A program made the translations under genes and the position numbers. 41,610 bases of DNA from Amoebophrya sp. A120. Its lineage: Eukaryota > Protista > Dinoflagellata. The notes under the pieces are model-generated. The model ran no database searches. It was not told the origin of the DNA and saw only the letters and a list, made by a program, of their open reading frames with translations. The DNA lies in the NCBI GenBank assembly GCA_905178155.1, contig CAJINV010000001.1:5075992-5117601 (forward strand), written 5' to 3'. Below are positions 1 to 11,318 of this stretch, in pieces (the first letter of the stretch is position 1; each line of letters begins with the position of its first letter).

Positions 1-270
1 CACTAGGTAAATCGTCAGGAATCAGGAGGGAGTGCGGGAACTTGAAGACCTACAACTGCGAACCCGGGTGGACGACGTCCACCGATAGCGAAGCACCGAG
101 TCCCCCGGTGGCTGAGCTGTCTCCTCTGCTTCGTCCGCCGAGGCCGTGCCGGAATACCTGGCCTGCCCATTTCCTTGATTTCGCTTCATTGTGAAAAAAA
201 AGAAACACACAAGAAGGTGCCCGAAAATGTAGGATGCAAAAATTTTGATTTTTTTAGCTGCAGACATTTT

Positions 271-2918
271 TCAGTTTAGTATCAAACAGACCTCGGGCAC
301 CGCTTTCCATTCGGCGAATTTCTCGCGAAACTGTTTTGCGTATAACCCGCTCAGGTGTTACAATCTCAAACGTTACAATAGAATCTGGAATTTGTGTTGC
401 AAGAAGTGCATGATCTACCCTACTCCCACAGGATTGCGCATGACAAGTTCTGGAGTCCCAATCCGCACTACAATCTGGCGAAATTTGTATTGCAAAAAGT
501 GGAACGCTGTCCGAGTCTGTCATGTTGATCATGCAAGACAAATCTCAGATTCTATTGTAACGTTTGAGATTGTAACGTTTGAGCAGGTCATATTGCGGTC
601 TCCTCGTTTTTGAACTTCAAACAGACGCGTATCAAATGCAAAAATGTCTGGGTCTGGAAACTTGTGATGCTGTGTGGCGTCTCATGATGAGGCCACAAGT
701 GCTGGCTCAGCATGACAAGTTTCTGAGCTTCTAGGTGTTGCCAATTCCGCATGACAAACTGCGCTTCTGCATCACAGAAAAATGGAGCTCTTGGGTAACG
801 TGCATGACAGATTTAAGAGTCATGCCAGACAAGCATGACAAACATGCATTCTTCCAGACCCAGACACTTTTACACTTGATAACGCGCTCCACGGACCCGT
901 CTTCGACAAACGCGTTGAAAACTGCGGTCTTTGGATTGCCCTCGTTCTCGGAGATCGCTGTGATGAGGGCGAATTTTATTTTCGCGATTTTCATATTTGT
1001 ATTTCTGAGTCTGACTCTGAGGCCTACGCCGTGGTCATGCATTAGCATTACACCGAAGCAGAACGCAGTCAGTCTCAGTGGCCAGCTCAAAAACCAGAAA
1101 GAAACTGGCTGCATTTGATTTTGATTGCAAACACTAAAAAAAGAGAGTGAAAAAAATGCAAATACCAAGCTCCGAGCGAACCGGCGTTTGCAGCAAAATT
1201 CGCCCCGTCTTGTCCTGGTGGAGGCAGAAGCTCACCGAATTCTGCGCACGATCGTACAGAAGTTTCCCTTCGCCATTTCCGACGTCGGTCCAGTGCTCAT
1301 CCGGTTCCAGCGTGAACCGGTACAGCTTGCACCGGGCCAAGAAAATTAGTTCTGGTTCGCTGCTCGCAGGAGAAACCACTTTTTTGCTAGCCTCTTTCAC
1401 CGGAAGATGCAGGCTCGGTTGCCAATCTGTGATATTGCGTTGAGATTATCTGCGAACCCCGGAGGCGCTATCGTCGCAGAGCGGCGCATCTAAAAAGCCA
1501 AACTGTGGTAGGCCAGGCTGTCAAAATGATGTAAATATTACGAATACATACTCAAGCTTTTAAGATTTAGAGAAAAAAAGCAAATAAATGGAAAAAGAGA
1601 TTATACTCGGCACTTCCGTGACCTCTTCCTGGGGAACTAGGTCAGTCATTTTCTTCTGCTTTTCGGTCGTCTTTTGTTCTTCGGGCTCCTGGGGTCGGTG
1701 TTCCACAAGCACTTCAGTCACGTCGTTTTGCACACCGGACACACAGGTTGGGTTCTTGATCTCTCCTGCTTCACCGGCAGCAGCGGAAACTACACTTTCG
1801 GCAAAATTGCAGCAGTCTCCCTCTTGGGCCGAACGACAAACAGCTGCTCGCGTTTCCAGTTGTACAAGAGTGTTTGGTGATACTTCTGAGCCAGTGCCGA
1901 CGTCCTCGACCACGACACAATCCCTTTTTTGCAAAGTACTACTTGTAGGTGTGGCTGTGGCTGCACGACTTCTAGCGGCAGTAATACTGTTAACACTGCT
2001 CCTCCGGCGGGACAACAAGGTGTCTGCCACGTGTGTGTCAAAAGCCGGGAGGCTAGTGCCTCGGTTTCGTCTGCTCGTTTCGTCGTCTGCAACACTGTGC
2101 GGCGACGAAAATCCACTTAATGCTGCGGGGGAGGAATGAAAGAAGCCGCTTTCGCAGTCAAGTGCGGTCGACGTCGTTGTGTTAATCTCACTACTTGTAC
2201 CTGCAGTAGTTCCTGTCAACACAACTGTACTAGCTTCGTCAAGGGCATCTAGATTGCGACTGTTCTTTCCTTTTTGTCGTTCACCCGCACTACCCGGTGT
2301 CGCGTTTTTATTCAGACTGCTTTCTCTACTTGTAAGGACGGCGGGAGTGATAGAGATTTTTTCCGTCGATGATGAAAAGAAGTTCAGGGAATTTTGCCGC
2401 TCTTTGTTTAGGACATCATGATGCTCCTCTTGAAAGCTTTGTCGTACAAAGAGAGACTGCGTTCTTCTTGTGAATGGAGAAGTCGTTTCTGGGCCTGTGC
2501 TGCGGTGTACTTTATTCGGTTCGGCGGATGTGGCCGTGCCAAAAATCGTTTCGAAAATCAAGCTTGAGAAGCTCGCAGACGAAGAACGGTTCGGCTCTTC
2601 TACCTCTTCCGCTACTTGGTCCTCTTGTTCATGATCCCGATAAGCATAAGCCTGTTCCTGCTTATGGTTTATTTGCTCTACTGACTGCAAATAATCCGTG
2701 AATCCTGCGAAGTGGTCGCCCGTAAAAGTGGAACTACGAATGGAGTTCCGATTCTGGACGTGGTGGTCATAGGTGTGATTGGAAGTTTTGAAACAGTCTG
2801 TCGTGGTTTCGATACAACCTTGATTTTGACTGGCTACACTTAGGGCAGAGATGGACGCGCGTCGAGCGACTTCCTCGCTCAAGGTAGTGTCAATTTGGTC
2901 TCTAAATCCGTTTTCCAT
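271..2918 (-). CDS. Ran-binding domain (RanBP1/RanBD-type) protein with a long low-complexity N-terminus; 5-exon model, about 581 aa
   Basis: Model exons: 2918-1607, 1426-1166, 957-882, 624-593, 335-271 (1746 nt, in frame). The spliced C-terminus reads LIFLARCKLYRF...WTDVGNGEGKLL...DKTGRILLQTPVRSELAISENEGNPKTAVF...CLKFKNEETAKQFREKFAEW, the RanBD pattern. It has two GT-AG introns (1427-1606, 958-1165) and two introners. The 3' end is uncertain because a further GT intron near 290 is possible. Confidence 0.8.
341..592. mobile_element. Introner (TIR element acting as non-canonical intron), 252 bp
   Basis: TAT...ATA ends with an imperfect inverted repeat of about 60 bp. Direct repeat TTGCG at 336-340 and 593-597. 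Removal plus one repeat gives the RanBD sequence ETAKQFREKF. Confidence 0.92.
630..881. mobile_element. Introner family A, 252 bp
   Basis: TIR TATCAA.TG.AAAA.TGTCTGGGTCTGGAA. Direct repeat ACGCG at 625-629 and 882-886. Removal gives VERVCLKFKN. About 94% identical by manual count to the reverse complement of 35404-35654. Confidence 0.95.
958..1165 (-). other. GT-AG intron containing a decayed TAT...ATA inverted-repeat remnant (994-1164)
   Basis: Donor G|GTATTT and acceptor CACAG give a gap-free RanBD alignment. TATTTGTATTTCT at 994 pairs with TATTTGCATTTTT (minus strand, 1164). No direct repeat survives. Confidence 0.7.
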
Positions 2919-3866
2919 AACGAAGAAGATGAGGTTCGGTTATAATGCAAGGACGCTTCGTCTGGTGCAAACGTCAACATGTAAAAATAAAAATAGAAAT
3001 AATTGTGCGTCGACAACAATTCAACATCCGAGGATGATGAACCAACCACAGCGCAACTAAGGTCAGCCACTACACATCGCACGTCGCTGCTATTCTACTT
3101 ACGCATCATCGCATCGCCATCTGAACAAGCTCGAACGCTTATCATCTTCATCACCGCAAGAAGATCACACGGAACAATTGCTGAATGATGATGATCTTGT
3201 CTATCTTCAACAAGCTTCGAAAATCATAAGGAGCTATTGACGATCTGTCTCGTCTGTCTCGAGACATACAATGCCTCATACATCTGGTATACTCACCCTA
3301 ATGAGATCGTTTTTTGATCGGGAATAGTACACACAACACGGATCACACACAGCACCGCCCTGATCGGTTTCATGTAGGAACGTGATCCCGCGGTGGCACC
3401 GGCAATGATGATCTCCGTCTGACTGAATCTCAGAATTGATCAATAATGAAACGACTGAAGACCACACTGGAGCTTGTAACGAAAGCGAGGAGAAAACACA
3501 TGGGAAGAGCCACATCTCCGTCACAACGACGGGTGCAAGCGCTGCGTCTGCAACTACATGCCGCGAAGCAAAAATCATTTTGCCGCGACTCCCATCATGA
3601 CACACTTCGTGAGCCCACGGAATCAATCAACCAGCTACTTAACATAAAGTAGCGACATTCCTTTTACTATTTTCATCTCTTTCAGTTTCATTCTTCAATA
3701 CCTTTGTATCTTCCTTTTCAGTTTCATGCTCGTCAGCCTCAGTAGCGGTTAGTTCAATTTTCAAAGAGTTCCAGAATCTCCGGAAGCGAAACAAATCATC
3801 TTCAATTTTCAGTGGGGGGCACAACGGCGCTCACCTGTACGTAGTATCCCTTTATACAACTTTTCT

Positions 3867-5620
3867 TTACACTCCGCCCTGCTGTTGAGTCCCCAAGCTG
3901 AGTCCGATCGTGACGGGCCAGGCGCGCGCGCCGTTGATTTCCTCTGACCTGACGTTCAAGCCAGGCACCTTGGCTAAGTGCGGAAACAGCCCAAACTCTT
4001 CGTAGGCGGCGCCAGATCGATCCGGTATCCTGAGTAAAAGCGCCCCCATATCAGAGTCAAGATGGGGAATCTGCTAGACAAATCAGCCAACTTTGGTTGC
4101 TTCGCATGACAAGTTTGTCCTCGTAGTGTAATCCTGTTTAGCTAGTTCAGAAGCATCACAGATCTAGCATAGCATGCCGATTTTAGCATCACAAATTCCA
4201 AAACACGAACAGAAAATGCTTCTCATACGGCCACGCATGAGAAACTTTTTTGGCATGCACAATTGCATCACACCTATGGGGTGGGGACGTTTCTACAAGG
4301 GATATCCGGGTGCATCTGCTCGACGTGATGCCGGAACATGGGATAGGGTGCGCCACTCGGCAAATGCCGAGCCGGCGGAGCATTATAAATCTCTTCGGTC
4401 AGGACGAACCGCGGTTCGGCGTTGGAAAAGGCTAAGAAAGCCAGGTCCGTGATGTATTTCAGCATCTCGGCCTGGGTTCTCCGCAGAGATTCCTCAAAGG
4501 CAGCGAGGAACCGGTTTTGGGGTCGTGGTGTCGGAGCAGGAGCGGGGCCTAGACCAAGAGCGGTTCGTGCCACGCGATTGATTTCAACGAGAGGCGTTCC
4601 AGCACCAGCTGTCCTTGGCATACTTACGGATAAAGATGATGAATTCGCGCTGTCCAGAGATGTCGTGGGCGATCTGTACAGTCCTTGGCCTCTTTCAAAG
4701 TCCCGCGCCAATTGGCACGAGAACAGGGGGTCAAAATCGCTGGCGTTCATCCCGTGAAATTGCATCACGACCGGTCCACGCGCCGGAAATTCCCCGTGGT
4801 CAAAAATGTCACCGATGCCGAACCACGTCCCCTCGGCGTCCATGAAATCGTAGCCTTTTTCCTTCAGAATAGCGCACACGTTCCCAAAGTGAATAGTGGC
4901 TCCGTCCGACATTTTCGGCATCGCCTGCAGCTGCGCCTCGGTAATCGAAATCATGCTGCCGCCGCTTTCCGCCGCCTTGCGGGCCAGGTCGACAAAGTAG
5001 TCCGCCGCGGCCTTCAGGTCTCGGCCCCGCTGGATGTTGGACATCTGTTGTAGATCGGCCATCGGAGTGATGCGGCAAAAATCATGTTTTTCCACCTCGC
5101 CAATAAGAAAACGGATCTTGTGAACGACATCGAGGGGGAGGCGGGCATCGCGCGACAGAATAACCACAACAGCTTTCTCACCTCCCTCTTCCACTTTTCT
5201 CCGGTTCGCGTGGAGGCAACCAAATTGCCAGGAATTCACCTGAACCGAAAAACAGTAGAATAGGAATTGGGAAACAAACTCAAACTTAACTTTATTGGTC
5301 CCGCAGCATAATTGTGTAACACCAGCTCTACGTGCGGGTCAAACTCAAAAATAAAGCTGAAAGTCATGCAAACGTCGCTAAGCCCCATTTGATCTTCCAC
5401 TACGTACCATAGCCCCCACGACTAGCTGTTGATAACGCGTCGCTCTGGTATTTTCTTCCACGGCCTCGAGTGACGAAAGCCACAGTTCGAAGGTTGTATT
5501 TCCGCTTTTCAGCAGAAGATCCGAGAAGGTTTTTTTCTTGGCTTCACGCGAGTCATCAGCATCCTCCCCTGTCGTGCGGGGCGCGACGCTTTGAGAAGAC
5601 GCTGCTGTGGAGGCCGGCAT
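3867..5620 (-). CDS. Uncharacterised tandem family, paralogue 1 (about 433 aa; F-box-like motif)
   Basis: Exons 5620-5408, 5239-4305, 4020-3867. A GT-AG intron (5240-5407) precedes VNSWQF and an introner occupies 4026-4304. Clear similarity to the three other copies. Confidence 0.85.
4026..4304. mobile_element. Introner, 279 bp
   Basis: Ends TATCCTGAGTAAAAGCGCCCCCA and (reverse complement) TATCCCTTGTAGAAACGTCCCCA. Direct repeat TCCGG at 4021-4025 and 4305-4309. Removal gives HPDRSGAAYEEFGLFPHL, matching the paralogues. Confidence 0.92.
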
Positions 5621-6597
5621 CGTGGTTTGTTTGCGGGGTCGGTGGTAGTGGGTAGTCTCAGTGAGATGAAATACACGAAAACGTACAGTCTACAGTTCAA
5701 CAGACCGAAATCGCGAAAATAAAATTCAAATTGATGTAGCCATCGATCACATCTTGTCGTTACAAACCATCAAAGAGGATTGGTACTAGCAGACAAAGCG
5801 TGTGGTTGTGGTACTTGTTTCGAATTGGGTAATAAATAAGCTGTGACTGCACTTTTTTTTCGTGGCGAAATGTAACCGTTAGCACGTAGAGAAGATGCGA
5901 AAAGAGAAGCCACCAAAGTTGTTCAGACTGAGACCGCTCATGCGTTACTATAAAAAAAAGTAACGCGGTATCTAGAACTCGTGCAAGAGCTCAGAACTAC
6001 GGTTCCTATTGGATCGCTTTTCGATCTATTTCCCACAACGTGAGGAGTCGGACAGGCCGCGTGCGACGAACAAAGAAAAAGACAACGCAAGATCGCAATC
6101 GCTTATTCATTGTTAGTGATCTAAGCAACAAAACTGCTTACGCGTAGGAGCATCACTCCGTGTGCGGTCTGAGTGGATGTAGATCTTTTTCGTTACAAGC
6201 TAAAGTAGCGGCCCGGCTAATGTTACATACCTAGTTGAGCGAAAATCCAAATAAACCTGTGAGATCGGCATCTACATGCAGGGAGTAGACACCTTGCTGT
6301 ACCCGAACACTTGCCTACTTGCCTGCGGTCTCACTACAGACCGAAGTGTTTCTTCCCGATTCGTTCGTTGTGCGAACGCGCTCGCGCGCATGCTCGTGTT
6401 CCGGTCATTGAGGTTGCACGATATTCTCCTTCAGCCCAAACAATCGCCAACAAAGTATGTATTTCTTGACGACCTGAATTCCAAGAGTAAGAAGTACAAA
6501 ACTCCTCTTGTTTCGGTGCGACTGCGAGCAGGACCAGGACCACCACAGAAGTTCAAATAAAGCAACAATAGGTGCGACGTAGATGCGTCCGCACTTC

Positions 6598-7986
6598 TCA
6601 GGGGACTGCCGAAATTGTCACGGGAAAGTGCAACACGAAATCATTATCAAATTGGGGAACTACTTGCAGGCCCGAAAACGTCCGCAGATGGTTTAACATC
6701 CGAAACTCGAACCTGTCTTCGAAACGTGCGTGAACGGCTTCCAGATCCCGGTCGAACATCGGATAGCGCACCCCGTTGGGCAGGCGAGGCGCGGCGTCGT
6801 ATATCTCCTCCGTTAGGACAAAGTTAGCGTCTGCATTGGCAAAGGCTTGAAGAGCGAGATCCGTGATGTAGTTTGCGACCTCGTCGCGTGTCACACGCAG
6901 GGCTGCTTCAAATGCTCCAAAAAATCTATTTGTGGATAGATTGTTCGAACCCACAGTAGATGACGAGCCGCCTCCGCCTCCTACTGGTAGTGATGGGGCC
7001 TGGTAGTGCCCGCGCCCCGCTTCCAGCTCTTTCACTATCTCCCGCATGAAGCCTGTTTGCAGCTGCGCGGACTGCGTTTCGTTAAACTGCATCACGATGG
7101 GATAACTGTCGTATGGGAAATTCACCGACCGGCTGGGATGGAATTCACGTCCGTCTCCGGTTTCGCTTGTGAATGTGTAGTCCCTGTCGTACAAAATTGC
7201 GAAAACATTACCGAGGCAGGGGGCAATGCCCTCTGACAGCTTCGGCATGGACGCAACATGCGCTTCTGTTATGAGCAGCTTGTCCCCTCCGCGCTCCGCC
7301 TCCTTCCGCGCCAAGTTCACGAAGTACTCCGCGGCGAGCTTGTAATCGCGCCCGCGTTGCCGATCGGAAATGCGCATCAGTTCATCACTTTGCATTATTG
7401 CGGTCGGTCTGCGCTCGACATTGCCGATAAACGCGCGAATCCTGTTCACGACGTCTAGCGGGAAACGCTTGTGTGATTCAACGACAACAGGGACAGATTT
7501 ACCTTCCCTCGCTGCCTCTTCAACTCTCTTCTTGTTCTGGTGAAGCATCCCAAACTGCCAAGCGTTCACCTATTTCCATTCATTTCGACGAGGACGATCG
7601 AACTATCAATACAAGCATCAGCACGCACGACTGCCACCAAACTCAAGCAACACAATTCCAGTCCTAAGGTGGGACTAAAGAAAGTCAGGTGGAAAGCAGG
7701 ATGGTTCGTTGTACTTTAAATTGTTAACCATAACAGCGAGAATTGAATAACTGCGATCCTGAAGATATTCCAACATTTAGTTATTTACCTGAGCGCCCAC
7801 AACGAGTTTTTGATACCGAAGCGCACGACTTTCGGCTTCCACATTTTCAAGCTCACCGAGCCACCCATCGAAGGTTGCTGTCTTTCCGCTCCCTAGCAGC
7901 AGGTCAGAAAATGTTTTCTTTTTCCCGACTTCTTGCTTTTCTCCAGCATTCCCCGCTTCCGCTGCAGTCGGGAGAGACGCTGCCAT
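6598..7986 (-). CDS. Uncharacterised tandem family, paralogue 2 (about 389 aa)
   Basis: Exons 7986-7789 and 7569-6598. Phase-0 GT-AG intron 7570-7788 before VNAWQF. Confidence 0.87.
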
Positions 7987-8617
7987 GGTGGATGTCGTGT
8001 CTCGCAATTATAAAGCGATGTTGGTAAAAGCACACTATATCAAGGTCGTGCAGTCATCAACTGCAATCAACAGGGAAGAGACAGAAGTGCTGGTAAGTCC
8101 TCGTATTGCATCAAGAAAGTAGCAAAACTCCTCCTAGAACCAAAGGGACACAAAACACCATGAAGGAGGAAGAGCAAAATGACGATAACGATAAGTATTT
8201 TACTTCTTAAGCAATCAATCGATATCGAATCGACCCATCCTCGTGCCAAAATAAAAATGTTATCAATCATAGTACGCGGTAGGCATTCGAACAATCGTCG
8301 AATACATCGCTCTCTTGTCACTCTGGCCCAAGGGCTCAAAATTACGACCACAAGAAACCGAACCAGGAGAGTTTGAGTTACTTACTAGACCTCATGGCGA
8401 TGTGCCTGAACACTTGGCGCCCGCTCGGCTCTCGCTATAGCACAAGGCCTTTCGCAATTATTATCCTTCCATTCGGGTCATGTATATGATTTACCGCATG
8501 CGTCTGCGTCTGCTGCTGCCTTTTTTCTTGCGCGCGTCGCATAATATGCATGCATGCGCGCACATCGCACCCACTGCAGCTTTTGTGTTCGTTTTCAAGC
8601 GCTCGGCAATAATCTCG

Positions 8618-8655
8618 AACCCTAACCCTGGAACCCTAAACAAAAACCCTAAACC
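8618..8655 (+). repeat. Short degenerate interstitial telomere-like tract (CCCTAA/CCCTAAA)
   Basis: aaccctaaccctggaaccctaaacaaaaaccctaaacc. Confidence 0.4.
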
Positions 8656-9403
8656 AGCCCTCCCACCACAAATCGTGCGCCAGTGGTTCCGCGGTTCTCT
8701 TGGAGGTGACACATCGATCAATTTGGGATATCTGAGACGATCTTCGTAAAAAATTGGATAAACGGTGTTGACGTATCATGGTCTTCTGCTCAATCGTACA
8801 ATTTCATAGCTTTCTTGCAGAAACGGAATCGGAAACATTGACATGTTATAGTGCGATCTATCAGTAAGCTCAGTCTTACACGGTGCTGTTACTTCTTAAA
8901 GTTGTGTTTTTTATTTGTAAAAAAAAGTTGAAGGCTGAGCGTGTTCATCATGTTTTCTTTTTATTTTGTAATCCCGCTCTCGACTTACCTTTTTCTCCCT
9001 GATGGGAAAGCGAAAAAATCAAGCACCTGAAAATTCCATGGCGCCCTTGATGAAAGCGACACGAGGAGCCGCTTAGTTCTTCTTCATAGAAGACTTCATC
9101 ACCGTCTTGTTCATCGGCTTCTTCACGTGATAGCGGCGGTGGTTGGGTATGGAAGGATGCTCACGGGCGGTCGTCGTGTTTCATGTCTCACAATCTCAAT
9201 CATACACAAAATCGGCCGAATATCATTCTTTTACACTTTTTCTTTTTGTAGTGATACATGAGAAATCGACGCAACCCACCTAGCAGGTTGCGGGTAGTAC
9301 AAGAAGGCGCATTCTCAGTGCCGATACTATCGCGCACGCATAAAAATATCTCTATCTGCCGGGCGGAAATCGGCTACAAAAAAAATGAAAACAAGTAGAG
9401 ACA

Positions 9404-10123
9404 TCACCAACGACCGCCCCAATTACACATCACTTCGATACGGATGAAACCCATCTTCGCAGCGTAAATCACCTCCGGCTCATCGCGGTCAGCCGCGTTG
9501 TTGACACGACGGCGGGCCGCCGGATTCAGAATCGTTTTCGTGGTGGACAGACAGTGAAAGTCCCCCTTCGCGTTTCCGTTCGGGAAGAGCACGCTCATGG
9601 GAATCTTCTTCACCACCTTCACCTTCCGGTACATCACGTTTTCCGTGATGCCGGACCCAACCGCACGCGACTGGAAGACCACCTCCTGGTCCAGCGGCGT
9701 CACCACGCGCGCCAGCGCGTTGTGCCCCCCGGCGGCGTTCCGCGGCACGTTGATCTCCTTGATGACCCACTGCGACCCCGGCGGAATGCACATTTCCTTG
9801 TACCATTCGCGCATGCGGCCGGTCTCCGTGTAGAACTGCTTGTCCTCGTTCGAGACGAAGGGCGACGCGTTGATCAGCTTCTTGATCTTCTCCAGCGCCA
9901 GGCTGGTAAACTTGAACCCGGTGCTGGCGGTGTACACGTCCTTGTCCTTCTTCATCTCGTCCACCACCTCCGAGCTGCGCGGGCCGTTGCCGACCCGCAT
10001 CACGGTTTTGCTCCCCGTATTCCACTTGTCCTGGCACAGACCGCCCTCGTATGCCATGAAGTGAACCGGGTACGCCGACATCACCATGGTGAGGTCCTCC
10101 AGAACGTCGCTGTTCGGCGCCAT
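9404..10123 (-). CDS. Hypothetical protein, 239 aa
   Basis: ATG-initiated ORF with strong G/C-ending codon bias and ordinary protein composition. No family recognised. A further 3' exon (about 9073-9180) is possible. Confidence 0.7.
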   Translation of the reverse strand: MAPNSDVLEDLTMVMSAYPVHFMAYEGGLCQDKWNTGSKTVMRVGNGPRSSEVVDEMKKDKDVYTASTGFKFTSLALEKIKKLINASPFVSNEDKQFYTETGRMREWYKEMCIPPGSQWVIKEINVPRNAAGGHNALARVVTPLDQEVVFQSRAVGSGITENVMYRKVKVVKKIPMSVLFPNGNAKGDFHCLSTTKTILNPAARRRVNNAADRDEPEVIYAAKMGFIRIEVMCNWGGRW

Positions 10124-11318
10124 AGTTTCTTTCGCTTCTGTGGGGCGTGTTCCAAAGCGAAGAGAGAAGTTGGAAAAATGAATGTAACAAGAGGAAATGC
10201 TCAGCTCGTGCTTCTCGACTTCGATTTATTTCCTAAACCCATATAGACCCTGAAAACCCTACAACTACAAAGCTAGCACAAAATAACGAGTTCCTAGCAT
10301 AGGCACTGTTGATATGATTTGACGGGTGGAGCTGGAGGTAGCGACTATTTATTAGCTTTTTCGATTTCCACAGAAAATTAAGGTTAATCATCAGAGAGAT
10401 GCATGTGCATCCTAATTCTTGCATTTATTTTCGGTTAAGACCGTAATCTAATGGATGCATCATTTGGATCTTCCAAAACCAAATGTGAATCCGAGCGTGA
10501 CAGACTCTGTATCCGTGCTATTTACTCATCTATCATGTATGTATGTTTTAAAATTTTCTAAGCTATGATCTCCCGCACTGCTGTAGTAGTTGATGCGGAA
10601 TCGTCAAGACCGAACACCGATTGGGGCAAGCAGACATCGATTTGTACCACAACACACCGACACCGTCTCAAAAACGAAAACAGACTGGACGAGCCGGGGT
10701 TGTTGACCTGGCGCTGGCCGCGTGTATATCAATTATCTGAGAACCGAAACAAATTGGTGACGACCGAGAATGAATAGGAAAACCGCATGACGACGATTCC
10801 ATTTGGTTGCGCACCGAGTTCATCAAGAGCAGCAAGTGTCTTCTTTTCTTGGAGGAGGTTTAGAAGTAGGAGTAGCTAAATATTTGTATGTAACTAACCG
10901 CGCATGAACCAAGCCTGCTGCAGCAGCGAATATGATTTTTTACGCTGCCAGAACCTCAATCCATGTATCGTATCGAAAGCAAAGAACATCTTATCCTCCT
11001 GGCAGCAGAAAGTATAAGTACCTATTTGTAAAGTAATCCCTTTGGCCGCTGCGTGCGTGAACTGGTGCAGACATCGGCGCAGGTTGTTATTTGATGCAAT
11101 TTCTTCATCAAAGCACTAGATTGTACTCAGTTCCATCTCGTTTCCGTCAACGAGATTTTCATTTTACAAAGCAGAGCTCTTTCTACTTTCTGAATCCTCT
11201 ACTTCTCCCGCCCTACTAGCATCATGTTTATAATTATATCTCGCTGCTCAAACCCGCACTTCTTTAGTACAGAGCGGCCGCCGTCGCAGAGATTTGCAAT
11301 TGATGTATCAAGCGAAGT

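Noticed and set aside
3639-3832. Acidic 61-aa ORF as an extra exon of paralogue 1
   Set aside because: Paralogue 1 already ends at a position equivalent to the other copies, and there is no supporting similarity.
4063-4281. Alternative smaller element bounded by TGGGG repeats, or a GT-AG intron at 4071-4288
   Set aside because: The TGGGG model gives an immediate stop. The 4026-4304 element has proper TAT/ATA ends and an exact TCCGG repeat, and it fits paralogue spacing better.
9489-10246. Alternative-frame and antisense ORFs of about 230 aa over the 9404-10123 gene
   Set aside because: Shadow ORFs caused by high GC3 codon bias.
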